Shown here: positions 1 through 9,704 of the stretch, piece by piece
Layout: every line of letters starts with the position of its first letter
Numbering within the stretch: position 1 is the stretch's first letter
Source: Ignavibacteria bacterium
Lineage (GTDB): Bacteria > Bacteroidota > Ignavibacteria > Kapaibacteriales > UBA4661
NCBI GenBank assembly: GCA_014654705.1
Contig: JACVZY010000095.1
Coordinates: 5,045-69,044 of the forward strand
Length of the DNA stretch: 64,000 bases
Reading direction: 5' to 3'
Translations under genes and position numbers: made by a program
The notes under the pieces: generated by a model
Told to the model about the DNA's origin: nothing
Seen by the model: only the letters and a program-made list of their open reading frames with translations
Database searches by the model: none

Positions 1-238
1 CAAATTTCGGCACTTTGCGTGCAGCGATTTTGATTGTCGCACCTGTGCGCGGGTTTTTACCGTTACGAGCGGAGCGCTTTGCAACGGAGTATGTACCGAA
101 GCCGATGAGGGCTACATTTTCGCCTTTGGCAAGCGACTCCGATACGGTGTCAATAAATGCGCTGAGCGCGCGTTCTGATTGGACTTTGGTAAGTCCGGCG
201 CTGGATGCGATCGCATCAACAAGCTGTCCTTTGTTCAT
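1..238 (-). CDS. hup: HU family DNA-binding protein (3' end runs off the window)
   Basis: Manual translation from ATG at 238 gives MNKGQLVDAIASSAGLTKVQSERALSAF...IGFGTYSVAKRSARNGKNPRTGATIKIAARKVPKF, with the HU GFG and G.NP.TG motifs. Not in the ORF track. Confidence 0.95.
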   Translation of the reverse strand, partial: MNKGQLVDAIASSAGLTKVQSERALSAFIDTVSESLAKGENVALIGFGTYSVAKRSARNGKNPRTGATIKIAARKVPKF

Positions 239-280
239 AGCGAGTACCTAGTTAAAGGTTGATAAATACTGGATTCGCTG

Positions 281-311
281 CGAAGATATGTGATTTCTCC
301 AAGTGTTGCAA
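281..311 (-). promoter_or_regulatory. Putative housekeeping promoter of hup
   Basis: Minus strand reads TTGCAA-N17-TATCTTCG, about 40 nt upstream of the ATG. Confidence 0.5.
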
Positions 312-443
312 GAAAAAAATGCGAAAAAGTGCAGATTTTATGCGGATTTTTTATTTTTTCTGCACCTAAGTCATTACACAGACAAGTTCTTTCGCTTTCA
401 AAACCTCTGTGTGCCGCTTGAATGCTAGCTTAATCAACAATGT

Positions 444-1058
444 TTACTTTCCAAACTGTTGCCATATCAACCATATAAAAAAAAGCCCTCCACAGGCGTA
501 CAATCCCGCCAAAACGTCGTCGAACATCACGAAAAAAGCTCCTTTTTGTTCGTTCAAGCGATAAATCGGAAACGGTTTGGTAATATCAAAAAGGCGAAAC
601 AGGGCAAATCCTAACGTCATCCAGATAAAAAGTTGGGGTAACGAATGAGGGAATAGAGGGTTAAGGAGGACAAAAAGTAACACAACCCACATCCCGACAA
701 ACTCATCTATTACCACACAGCCCGGGTCGTTGCCCCAATGCTTCTCCATTACCGGAACGACCCACAAGCCCACGAGTAATGCGCTGACGATGCCTATGGC
801 GACTATGAGGCTTAATCCTGTAAACCCCGCTCCCGCCTTGTCCACGAGTGCCGTGGCAAGCGCTATCGGTGCAAGCGCCGCGAAACTCCCTATCGTGCCG
901 GGCATCATGGGAGAAAACCCCACGCCTCCAAGCGTCGCTAGAGCAATTTTCAGGCGGTCAACAAGAGAAAATGTTGCGAACAAAGGTGGCTTCACGGGAA
1001 CATAAAAGTAAAAACATGATAAAAATGATCTGGAAGTTGCATTAGGTACGAGTATCAC
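444..1058 (-). CDS. pgpA: Phosphatidylglycerophosphatase A (true start probably further downstream)
   Basis: Motifs PGTIGS, DPGCVVIDEFVG, FRLFDITKPFPI and MFDDVLAG; adjacent to pgsA. Confidence 0.9.
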   Translation of the reverse strand: MILVPNATSRSFLSCFYFYVPVKPPLFATFSLVDRLKIALATLGGVGFSPMMPGTIGSFAALAPIALATALVDKAGAGFTGLSLIVAIGIVSALLVGLWVVPVMEKHWGNDPGCVVIDEFVGMWVVLLFVLLNPLFPHSLPQLFIWMTLGFALFRLFDITKPFPIYRLNEQKGAFFVMFDDVLAGLYACGGLFFIWLIWQQFGK

Positions 1059-1701
1059 GCCTTAGAAAGCGCCGCAATATCTTGATGCCGGGTAGAGTAA
1101 GGCGAAAAAATTTAATGCAAGAACGGCGTAAAATACTACGATTCACTACAAAATACTCTATTCCGGTCCAAACGGTAATGACCGCTACAATCAGCATTGT
1201 AATATATAGGACAGGCGGAAGTAATATCCATGAAGCCAGCAGATGTAACCACGAGGGGAGAGGTAGCTGTAGCACAGAAAGAAAAACCAGTACGATGATA
1301 ATAAAGGTCATCTGCACGAAAGTTTTGACCTTTGCGCTCCACGAGGTAATAAGCGGCTTGCCGATGCTGTCGGCGTATGAGCGAAAGACAGTTGTTGCCG
1401 CATCGCGCACAACTACCAGGAAAACCATCCACCACTCTACCAGACCAAGCAGCGCAAAGGCAATAAATGCCGCAGTGGTCAAAATCTTGTCTGCAAGTGG
1501 GTCAATAAGCGTTCCCCACGCGGAGCTTTGTCCGTACCTGCGGGCAAGCCAGCCATCGAGATAATCCGTAATGGCAGCGATAATAAACACGAGCACCGCA
1601 AGCACCGTCGGCACACGACCGCCCACAAGCAGGAGTGCCATAAAAATTGGCGCAAGCACAGCCCGCGAAATTGTGATGATATTTGGAAGTGTGAGTTTCA
1701 T
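1042..1701 (-). CDS. pgsA: CDP-diacylglycerol--glycerol-3-phosphate 3-phosphatidyltransferase
   Basis: LPNIITISR and the CDP-alcohol phosphotransferase motif DYLDGWLARRYGQSSAWGTLIDPLADK. Confidence 0.92.
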   Translation of the reverse strand: MKLTLPNIITISRAVLAPIFMALLLVGGRVPTVLAVLVFIIAAITDYLDGWLARRYGQSSAWGTLIDPLADKILTTAAFIAFALLGLVEWWMVFLVVVRDAATTVFRSYADSIGKPLITSWSAKVKTFVQMTFIIIVLVFLSVLQLPLPSWLHLLASWILLPPVLYITMLIVAVITVWTGIEYFVVNRSILRRSCIKFFRLTLPGIKILRRFLRRDTRT

Positions 1702-1980
1702 TCTGGGCAAACTTATTGAAGAGTGCGAACATTTCCGCTCTTTTTCGCTCAATTATTTTTGTGCTACTTGGGTGTTGCTTTGTCCAAATTTCATTACGGC
1801 AGTGTTTTTTATACCGAAACAAGCCTCTGGTGCGCACGTATCAATGGGTGCTGGCGAGAATTACACGAAGTCGCCATTTTATTTTTTCTGTTTTTTGTAA
1901 CCTTTGTCAAAACGAGGGCTTCTTCCTTTTAGACACACAATAACTATACTATTCAACAAATTTTCACTAAGGAAACATCA

Positions 1981-2658
1981 ATGAAAACCCTGCTTACAAC
2001 CCTTCGCCTTGCTGCTTCAGCAATCGTTTTATCGTTCACACTGTCCGGTTGCTTCGTTAATATTAGTGGTTTAGATAATATCGTTGGTAACGGCAATATC
2101 ACGACAGAAAAACGTACCATTACTACTTTCACCGGCGTTTCTAATCAAATTAGCGCTGATGTGGACATCATCTGCAAACAAACACCCGGATTAGAAATTA
2201 CAGCAGATGAGAATCTTTTGCCATATATCCGTACCGAAATTGTCAACGGTGTCCTGACGATTAGTTCTGACCGCGTCTCTATTTCACCTCGCCGTCTGAC
2301 AATAAAAGCAAGTACGGATATGCTCACCAACGCACAAATTAGCGGTTCCGGCAGTATGACGGTTACGGGGATTGACACGCAAACATTGACGGGGCGTATT
2401 TCCGGCTCAGGAAATATGACCCTGATAGGAAAAGTAACCAATGGAAATTATACCGTAAGTGGCAGTGGAAACATTGACGCAAAAAGCTGCACCGCTTCGG
2501 AAGTCGCAGCGAGCATTAGTGGCTCAGGTAACATCAGCGTAGCGGTGTCGCAGTTGCTAGATGGCTCTATCTCCGGCTCCGGTAGTATTATCTATTTTGG
2601 CAATCCGACCATTCGTCGTAATATCTCCGGTTCCGGCAATATTGTGGGCGGTCGCTAA
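1981..2658 (+). CDS. DUF2807 / head GIN domain lipoprotein
   Basis: Lipobox LSGC, GNGNITTEKR, and repeated ISGSG beta-helix units. Confidence 0.85.
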   Translation: MKTLLTTLRLAASAIVLSFTLSGCFVNISGLDNIVGNGNITTEKRTITTFTGVSNQISADVDIICKQTPGLEITADENLLPYIRTEIVNGVLTISSDRVSISPRRLTIKASTDMLTNAQISGSGSMTVTGIDTQTLTGRISGSGNMTLIGKVTNGNYTVSGSGNIDAKSCTASEVAASISGSGNISVAVSQLLDGSISGSGSIIYFGNPTIRRNISGSGNIVGGR

Positions 2659-2682
2659 AATGTAATGATGTGTTGTTGATGG

Positions 2683-2726
2683 AAGGTGTCGCTCATCTTT
2701 AGTGTGGGCGACACCTTGTTTTATTT
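2683..2726 (+). terminator. Intrinsic terminator between convergent genes
   Basis: AAGGTGTCGC...GCGACACCTT stem followed by GTTTTATTT. Confidence 0.7.
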
Positions 2727-2757
2727 GTAGCAGATAGAAATCGTACCGCCTTGAGAT

Positions 2758-3972
2758 TTACGCATCAATCAAGGCTTCCAAATCAAGCCCTTGAGCAAGA
2801 AGAGGTAGCATTTCCCGTTGAGGCGAACCACCCGAAACAATAATCTCACCCGATTCCGAGATGACGACATCAATCTCCGTGCGCAAGCCCACCTCGCCTG
2901 GAATATAAATTCCCGGTTCAATTGAAAATGAGGTCATAGGAATCAGGCGGCGAATGTCCTGCGTTTCAAAATTGTCAATGTTTGCGCCGGAGCCGTGTGT
3001 ATCAGTCGTGATGCTGTGTCCGGTGCGGTGAATGAAGTATTGACCAAAGCCTGCGTCGTCAATAATTTTGCGGCAAGCATCATCTACGTCGCAACCGCGC
3101 ACGGGCTGGTGCGGGAATGTATCGTAGAGCAGTTTCAGTGCCGCATCGCGCCCGGCGGCAATCGTGTTAAAAAGCATTGCGGGACGCTCCGGTACTTCTT
3201 CGCCGATATATGCCATCCACGTAATGTCCGAATATACCGAATTGGGCTTCGTCATTTTTGCCCACATATCGACAAGCAGTACATCACCGCGCTTGATGAC
3301 AGCACTTTGCTCGGCTGTCGGCTGGTAGTGAGGGTTTGCAGAATTTGCATTGACCGAAACGCTCGGCAGGGCATAACTGGTCATGCTGTTTGCCTCAAAG
3401 AACTTTGCGACTTCCTGCTGAACCTCATATTCGGTAACGATCTTATCTGCCAATACCTTCTCACGAACATAAGTCAAACAGCGCATCATGGCTGTTCTGA
3501 GGAGTTTTGCTGTTATTTTGTTGTCGTCAAATTGTTCTTTCGACCACACCGCCGAATATTTCTGCACCACCTCCGCCGACGAGTGTAAATCAAAGCCCAG
3601 AGACCGCAGCCATTCTACCGTTCCACCATCCACCCACGACACAACCGGAATGGCGTTGTTGGGCGAATACTCCAGCGCAATACGTTTTTTGCCTTGCAAG
3701 GTGCTTGTAATAGCGCTCTCCCAGTCTTTCCGCGTGGCATAGCGAATTTCTTTTGCTGTTACTGTCCCAAGTGTATGCACTTCAATTCCATTCACAATTT
3801 TGGTCGGCTCGCCTTCTGCGGGTATGATGACTGCCCAACGTCGTGAACAGTGGGTTTCTTCCGGTATGCCAAGCGTTTGCCATGCAATTGGGTTACTGTG
3901 GCGAAAATCATAGAGAAGCCAAGCATCGACGCCGTTTTCACGGAGGATGGATTGAATGTGAGAAAGATTCAT
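2758..3972 (-). CDS. Xaa-Pro aminopeptidase, M24 family
   Basis: NSANPHY, HRTGHS, FSIEPGIY and GLRTEID metal-binding motifs. Confidence 0.9.
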   Translation of the reverse strand: MNLSHIQSILRENGVDAWLLYDFRHSNPIAWQTLGIPEETHCSRRWAVIIPAEGEPTKIVNGIEVHTLGTVTAKEIRYATRKDWESAITSTLQGKKRIALEYSPNNAIPVVSWVDGGTVEWLRSLGFDLHSSAEVVQKYSAVWSKEQFDDNKITAKLLRTAMMRCLTYVREKVLADKIVTEYEVQQEVAKFFEANSMTSYALPSVSVNANSANPHYQPTAEQSAVIKRGDVLLVDMWAKMTKPNSVYSDITWMAYIGEEVPERPAMLFNTIAAGRDAALKLLYDTFPHQPVRGCDVDDACRKIIDDAGFGQYFIHRTGHSITTDTHGSGANIDNFETQDIRRLIPMTSFSIEPGIYIPGEVGLRTEIDVVISESGEIIVSGGSPQREMLPLLAQGLDLEALIDA

Positions 3973-4016
3973 AATGCAGTCAGGATTTGAAGGTTGAACG
4001 TGAAATATTGAATGTT

Positions 4017-4781
4017 TTATTTGCAGAAATTAGTCAGCATGGAAGTAGCTTCCAGTAACCCGCTGTCTGATGCGGTCTTGAGGTCTTGGCAAGCACTGGG
4101 GTCCTGGAGCGCAATTTTCACCCGTGCGCGGTGTATCAGTGCTTGCATTGCCTGTGGCTCAAGCTGAATAGTCATCGTGAAGTCGGAAATTGCGCCCAAT
4201 AAATCGCCTGTTTGTGCCCGCGCCTGACCACGCATGAAAAAGTACATTGAATTTGCATGATTAAGGCGTAGAGCGTCGGAATAATCGTTCTTTGCACCTT
4301 CGTAGTCGTTCATTTGTAATTTTGCCATACCTCTGAGCGATAATGCTTCGTCATCGTAAGGGTCAATCTGGATAGCACTTGTGCAGTCGTGTGTTGAGCC
4401 TTCGTACTGCTTGAGGGAAAATTTTGCGTACGCTCGGTAAAGATATGCCAATGCCGCATTACTGTCTTTATTGCTGAAGCGGAGGACTTCGCTGCAATCT
4501 TTGATTGTGCCGGCATAATCACCCATTTGGAGTTTGGCATACCCGCGAAAGCGGAATACTTCTGCTGTGGCGAGAGAGCGCTTTATTGCCGCGTCAAAAT
4601 CGCGTACCGCACCCACAAAATCACCGCTATCGGTCTTGGCTAAACCGCTTTGGATGTATTGATGCAACTGAGATGTGTTTTTGCTCTGCGCGGCGAGATG
4701 CGTTGAAGAAAATAGCACACCCAAGCATATAATCGTCCAAATAGGTATATTTTCTGTTCTCTTCTTCATGGTATTCTTCAT
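4017..4781 (-). CDS. Secreted tetratricopeptide repeat protein
   Basis: Signal peptide followed by about six TPR repeats (RGYAKLQMGDYAGTIKDC, etc.). Start placed just after the cinA stop. Confidence 0.8.
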   Translation of the reverse strand: MKNTMKKRTENIPIWTIICLGVLFSSTHLAAQSKNTSQLHQYIQSGLAKTDSGDFVGAVRDFDAAIKRSLATAEVFRFRGYAKLQMGDYAGTIKDCSEVLRFSNKDSNAALAYLYRAYAKFSLKQYEGSTHDCTSAIQIDPYDDEALSLRGMAKLQMNDYEGAKNDYSDALRLNHANSMYFFMRGQARAQTGDLLGAISDFTMTIQLEPQAMQALIHRARVKIALQDPSACQDLKTASDSGLLEATSMLTNFCK

Positions 4782-4782
4782 C

Positions 4783-6054
4783 TCATACACCCGAAACTTT
4801 CTTAAAAATGAGTTGTAACGCCGCCGCAACGGCTCGTTCACGATTAACGGTGCGGTCTCCGGGGACATTGTATTTATGAGCCTCGGCGCCATTTTTATCG
4901 GCAAAAGCTACCCAAATTGTTCCCACGGGTTTTTCCGGTGTGCCACCGTCCGGTCCGGCGATACCGGTAATGGAAACGCCAATACTGGCTTGAAAGCGTT
5001 CACGGATACCGCTAGCAAGCTCTAGAGCGGTTTCCTCGCTGACTGCTCCGTGCTGGCGTAGGGTGCCGGATTTCACACCCGCAAACTGCATTTTGGCTTC
5101 GTTGCTGTAACACTGTACACCACCCAGAAAGTACGCCGATGCTCCGCGCGATGCCGTCAGCGCTGCACCTAGCAAGCCACCGGTACACGATTCGGCAACG
5201 GCAATCGTCAAGCCATGCTCCGTAAGAAGCTGCCCCACCAGTGCATCGTAGGTGTCGCCGTCTTTGCCATAAACATAGCGTCCAGCACGAGCGCGAATCC
5301 GCTCTTCGATGCGAGCTACAATTTCGTCCGCTTTTGCGCGGTTTTCGGCGGTAACGCTGATGCGTAATTTCACGCCGCCGGACGACGGCAAAAATGCGAG
5401 TTCTTGTCCTTCCAGAATCATATCCACATCACCAATAAGATCTGCAAGTGTTGATTCTGCAATACCAGTAGTCAGAAGCGTTGTGTAGCGCATTACGGGG
5501 TCATTCGCCGAAAGGTCGCGCAGACGAGGAATAACGCGGTCTCGCATCAGGTGTTTCATTTCGTACGGAACGCCGGGCATAGAAACCATGATTTTATCCC
5601 GTTTCGATGGGTTGTGCTTTGACTGCGCCTTCAGTGTGAACCACATTCCTGCTGCAGTCCCTTTGTCATTTTGTAGCACCTCGCACGTGCTTGGAAGCAT
5701 CGCTTGCGTTGCATTCCGCTCGGTAATGTCGCGTCCAAGTCGCCGAAAGAGCGCTTTGAGGTGTTGCAGTGTTGGCTCGTGTAAAACGGCTTTGTCTTCC
5801 AAAAACTCGAGCAAGGCAGTTTTTGTGCGGTCGTCGTGGGTCGGTCCCAAGCCGCCTGTTATCAAGACGGTATCTGCCAAGCCTAGTAAACGCTTGAATT
5901 CATCAATAATCTGCGATAATTCATCACCCACCACCGAATGTGCCACGACGCGCCAGCCCTCCAATGAACACATTTCTGCCATCCACGCGGCATTCGTATT
6001 GACGATTTGTCCGATGCAGATTTCATCGCCGATGGTGAGCAGTGCTATTGTCAT
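4783..6054 (-). CDS. cinA: Competence/damage-inducible protein A (molybdopterin-binding domain + NMN deamidase PncC domain)
   Basis: IGDEICIGQIVNTNA, TGGLGPTHDD, AESCTGG and GIAGPDGG..EKPVG. Confidence 0.93.
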   Translation of the reverse strand: MTIALLTIGDEICIGQIVNTNAAWMAEMCSLEGWRVVAHSVVGDELSQIIDEFKRLLGLADTVLITGGLGPTHDDRTKTALLEFLEDKAVLHEPTLQHLKALFRRLGRDITERNATQAMLPSTCEVLQNDKGTAAGMWFTLKAQSKHNPSKRDKIMVSMPGVPYEMKHLMRDRVIPRLRDLSANDPVMRYTTLLTTGIAESTLADLIGDVDMILEGQELAFLPSSGGVKLRISVTAENRAKADEIVARIEERIRARAGRYVYGKDGDTYDALVGQLLTEHGLTIAVAESCTGGLLGAALTASRGASAYFLGGVQCYSNEAKMQFAGVKSGTLRQHGAVSEETALELASGIRERFQASIGVSITGIAGPDGGTPEKPVGTIWVAFADKNGAEAHKYNVPGDRTVNRERAVAAALQLIFKKVSGV

Positions 6055-6069
6055 GGAAGTTGCTTTGGG

Positions 6070-9000
6070 TTAGAATTTGAAAATCTTTGTGCGTTGTGTG
6101 ATGCTGCGCCCACGTAACTCAAGAGTGTAAAAGCCTCTGGAAAGCGCACTGAGAGATAGTGTCTGTTGCTTGGTGTAGGGCGCGAGGTCGGTTTGCAGGG
6201 CAATTCTTCCACACACATCGTACAAAATTAGCGTTTCTACGCTATTCTGCAAGCGTGATACATCAATCGTGATATTTTCTTGCGCCGGATTGGGGTAAGC
6301 CACTATTTCTGTGGTAGATGCCTTGTGGTATTCGCCTGCTTCAAGGATATTGAGATGCGGTTTTTGAGCGATATCCAGCGAAGGTAGAGGAGATGGTTCG
6401 GCAAATTCTTCAATCGTTTCTGCATTATTCGACGTTATGGTCTCGAAGCGCAGGAACACTGTTGCGCTTGTGCTGGGGCTGCCCGGATTCGTAAGGGTAA
6501 CAGTGTGAGGCTCGTCGCTTTGAAGGGGAAAGAACAGCGTTTGTGGTATGCTAATAAGGCAGCGTGAATTCAGAACACTAAGAACATCAATGGTATTTGT
6601 GTCCAGCATAGCCCTCACGCCCGGCTGAAAATTCTTGCCCAGAATGGGTAAGCCAATGAGCGAAGCACGTCCGCGACGCTCCAGTATGAGCGAAGCGTAG
6701 CTGTCTATATGTGGTTGCACAGGATACAAAAATTGTGGTGGTACGCGGTAGCCGTAGCGCTGCGAGTCGGCATTCTCAAGCAATAGCACCAGAGGTGGTT
6801 CCGTGAGCGACGGGCGGAGGAAATTTGCCGGAATAAGCACCGTTACTTCGCCCGCCGTTGCACGTAGTACAGGTGTGGAGCGCAGGGCAAGTTCGACCGT
6901 AAGAGGTGGCATAAAACCTGCACCTCTCAAGACAAATTCCAAGCGCGGCGAGCCATCGGCGTTATTGTACCACTGTGGTTGTATCTCGGTAATGATTGGC
7001 GCTGTCCGCGAAATGACGTGCACGGTCGCCTCGGTAAACTGTCCATCGAAATTGGTGAGGCGAATTTGCGCCGTATTGCCCAAAATATTCAGCGCACGCG
7101 GAATCTCAACCGTTGCTTCGGATGCACTAATAACGCGCCCCACAGCCACATTTCCATTCAGCGAGAGCGTGACCGCACCCTGCCGGAAAAATCCTGTACC
7201 CGTTAGTGCCACTGTGAATGCCTGTCCGCTTGCAATAGTGGAAATAACGCTTTGCGCCGTCAGGCGTGGCGGCGGGACAGCAATTACCGTAAAGGTTGTC
7301 GAAAGCACTACATCCCATACACGCAGGTTCAAGCGATAGCCGCCCACGCGCCGTAGAGCAAGCGGTAGCTTGAGCGTCGCAGCAGTGGTGCTAACGTCGA
7401 GCACCTGCACTCTTGTCGGTGTAGTATTTGGCGCATTGAGCGGTACGACCTCAAATTGCCCAAAAAATGAGAGATTGCGCCCGATAACAGTCAATGTATA
7501 ATCTTCGTCCCCTGTGATAACCGGTTCGGGGGTAGTTGCCAGTATTTGTGGCGTTTGTGGGGCGAAATAAACAAAACTGCCACCTTCTAAAAATACTTCG
7601 CCGAGCGTCGAGACAACAGAAATACTACCCGATGCACCGGAGCCAAGGATTGCCGTAATTTGACTGTCGGAGTCAACCGTAAAGCGCAGTACATTCACTC
7701 CGCCAAAGCGCACCGCATTTACACCCGTGAAACCTCGCCCGTAGATAACTACGGACGTTCCTAGCGAACCCGTGCTTTGGCTAATACCAGTCATGGTGGG
7801 GCGTGAATTCACAATGTACGTGAAAGACGTGGGTGAAAAAACCGTCGTATCAACGGTAGCGAGTCCAATAAAACCCGTACCGCCGGAGCCAAGCGTTGCG
7901 GTAATGAGTGAGTCGGAATCAATCGTAAAAGCACTTGCGGGAATGCCGCCAAATGAAACAGTGCGCACCGTTGTCAAGCCTTGACCGCGAATTTCGATGC
8001 GCTCGCCGAAACTACCCACAGATGGTATAAAACCTGAGATGCGGGGAGCGACGACAAGATTTGGAGCGATAACAGCAGCAACGCTATCAATAAATTGAAC
8101 GCGAATTGCCCGTCCGTTTAAGCCTGCAATTGCCGCTGCATTACCATTGGAAACAGCTGCATTGGTAAAGGTAAACTGCACATTGGAAACGCTATTGCTT
8201 GCCGCGTGGGTTTGTGCTTGTCCGGTGAAGTAAAACTGTACGGTGACAGTATTGAGCACACGAGCCACAACCGACAGCCCGCTCGGAACGCCGGAAACTG
8301 TATAGTGCGTTCCCGTGCTGAGAACTGTTCCCGGTGCTGGTAGCCACGTAGTGCGATCAAGCGTGATGACATTTGTTTGCCCGATAGTACCGTTGTTTGC
8401 TGAAGTTTCGGTGAAAGGAGTATTTGTATAAGCCGCCGCCGGCACGGGTTGGTCAAGAACCGCAAAAAAGCCTCGTGCTTGACCACCGATGGTCGTGAAC
8501 TGTCCGCCAACAAGTACCGTTGCTTCTCCGGGGACATTTGCAAGCCCGTTGAACTCAATTTGTCCGTTAGCACTAGGATTTGCCCACAGCGTTGAAGCAC
8601 CCGTTACCGCATCCACAGAGGCAAGATTTTGGAAGCCCGTGCCGCCAATAGACGTGTAATTCCCGCCCGCGACAATGCGCGAACCAAGCGGGAGTGCACG
8701 AAGAACACCGTTGTTGCAATTCGGATTCCACGCCGTTGCCAAGCCTGTTGCGGGGTCTAGAGCCGCTAATCCCTGCCGACCGCTTCCGCCGATGGTGGTA
8801 AAAAATCCACCTGCATAGACATTTGTACCGTCGGTGGCAACGTTCAGCACAATATTGTTTGACGATGGATTCCATGCCGTCGGTACGCCCGTTGCCGCAT
8901 CAATCGCTGCAATGCGGGGTCTCCCCATACCGCCAACATTCAAGAAAAGACCACCTGCGTACATCGTTGAACCGCTTAGTGCCAGCGAAAACACAAAATT

Positions 9001-9606
9001 ATCTGCCGATGGATTCCACGGGAGTAAAGCGCCCGTACCGCTTGCATCCACCGCGCCCAGAAAGAAACGGTTGGTTCCGGCAATTTGAAAAAAAGCGCCG
9101 CCCATGTACATTGTTGAACCGCTCAAGACCATCGTAAAGACCGTACCATTTGGCTGCGGGTCCCATGCCGTTGCTGCGCCTGTTCCTGCATCAATCGCCG
9201 CCGCACGGCTGCGTGGCTGCCCGCCGGCATTCAAAAATGCCCCGCCGATATAGACCACACCACTGCTCGGAACAATCACAACGACATCGTTATCAGCCCC
9301 CGGATTCCAACTCGTTGTATATCCCGTGCTTGCATCAATAGCTGCAATGCGGTTTCTAGCGACTACCGACCCGTCGGGATTGATAACGCTGGTAAAGGTT
9401 CCGCCGATGTAGAACACGCCGCCGCCGTCAGCGACCGATAACACAGAACCGTTGGTCTGCGCCATATCGGGACGGATAAATTGTGCGAAAGCAACATTAG
9501 TCAAAAATACCAAGCAGACAGTAACGAACGAGAGAGAGAGCGTTATCCGGCGTGTGTGGTTTGTGGTAAAAAGTCTGAGAATAGTCGTTGGCATAGTCAA
9601 TAGCAT
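6070..9606 (-). CDS. Large surface protein: beta-propeller repeats, IPT/TIG repeats and T9SS type A C-terminal sorting domain
   Basis: Signal peptide; about seven 50-aa repeats (YIGG.F...GG..R..AAIDA.TG..TAWNP); IPT-like repeats (I.GRGFTGV..V.FGG...F.VDSDSQITA); C-terminal YPNPA...LYDVCGR...LSRGFYTLEL...KIFKF. Confidence 0.8.
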   Translation of the reverse strand: MLLTMPTTILRLFTTNHTRRITLSLSFVTVCLVFLTNVAFAQFIRPDMAQTNGSVLSVADGGGVFYIGGTFTSVINPDGSVVARNRIAAIDASTGYTTSWNPGADNDVVVIVPSSGVVYIGGAFLNAGGQPRSRAAAIDAGTGAATAWDPQPNGTVFTMVLSGSTMYMGGAFFQIAGTNRFFLGAVDASGTGALLPWNPSADNFVFSLALSGSTMYAGGLFLNVGGMGRPRIAAIDAATGVPTAWNPSSNNIVLNVATDGTNVYAGGFFTTIGGSGRQGLAALDPATGLATAWNPNCNNGVLRALPLGSRIVAGGNYTSIGGTGFQNLASVDAVTGASTLWANPSANGQIEFNGLANVPGEATVLVGGQFTTIGGQARGFFAVLDQPVPAAAYTNTPFTETSANNGTIGQTNVITLDRTTWLPAPGTVLSTGTHYTVSGVPSGLSVVARVLNTVTVQFYFTGQAQTHAASNSVSNVQFTFTNAAVSNGNAAAIAGLNGRAIRVQFIDSVAAVIAPNLVVAPRISGFIPSVGSFGERIEIRGQGLTTVRTVSFGGIPASAFTIDSDSLITATLGSGGTGFIGLATVDTTVFSPTSFTYIVNSRPTMTGISQSTGSLGTSVVIYGRGFTGVNAVRFGGVNVLRFTVDSDSQITAILGSGASGSISVVSTLGEVFLEGGSFVYFAPQTPQILATTPEPVITGDEDYTLTVIGRNLSFFGQFEVVPLNAPNTTPTRVQVLDVSTTAATLKLPLALRRVGGYRLNLRVWDVVLSTTFTVIAVPPPRLTAQSVISTIASGQAFTVALTGTGFFRQGAVTLSLNGNVAVGRVISASEATVEIPRALNILGNTAQIRLTNFDGQFTEATVHVISRTAPIITEIQPQWYNNADGSPRLEFVLRGAGFMPPLTVELALRSTPVLRATAGEVTVLIPANFLRPSLTEPPLVLLLENADSQRYGYRVPPQFLYPVQPHIDSYASLILERRGRASLIGLPILGKNFQPGVRAMLDTNTIDVLSVLNSRCLISIPQTLFFPLQSDEPHTVTLTNPGSPSTSATVFLRFETITSNNAETIEEFAEPSPLPSLDIAQKPHLNILEAGEYHKASTTEIVAYPNPAQENITIDVSRLQNSVETLILYDVCGRIALQTDLAPYTKQQTLSLSALSRGFYTLELRGRSITQRTKIFKF

Positions 9607-9646
9607 GAAACCGTTATGATAATCTCTTGCAAAGCAGAGTCAACCG

Positions 9647-9679
9647 AAAAAAAAGGCGAGAACTACAACTGTTCTCGCC
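9647..9679 (-). terminator. Intrinsic terminator after ndh
   Basis: GGCGAGAAC-loop-GTTCTCGCC preceded by an A8 tract on the + strand. Confidence 0.75.
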
Positions 9680-9704
9680 CACAAACATACAAATTTCTAG
9701 CAAC

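Noticed and set aside
15-251. 78-aa + strand ORF in the track
   Set aside because: Antisense shadow of the HU gene on the minus strand.
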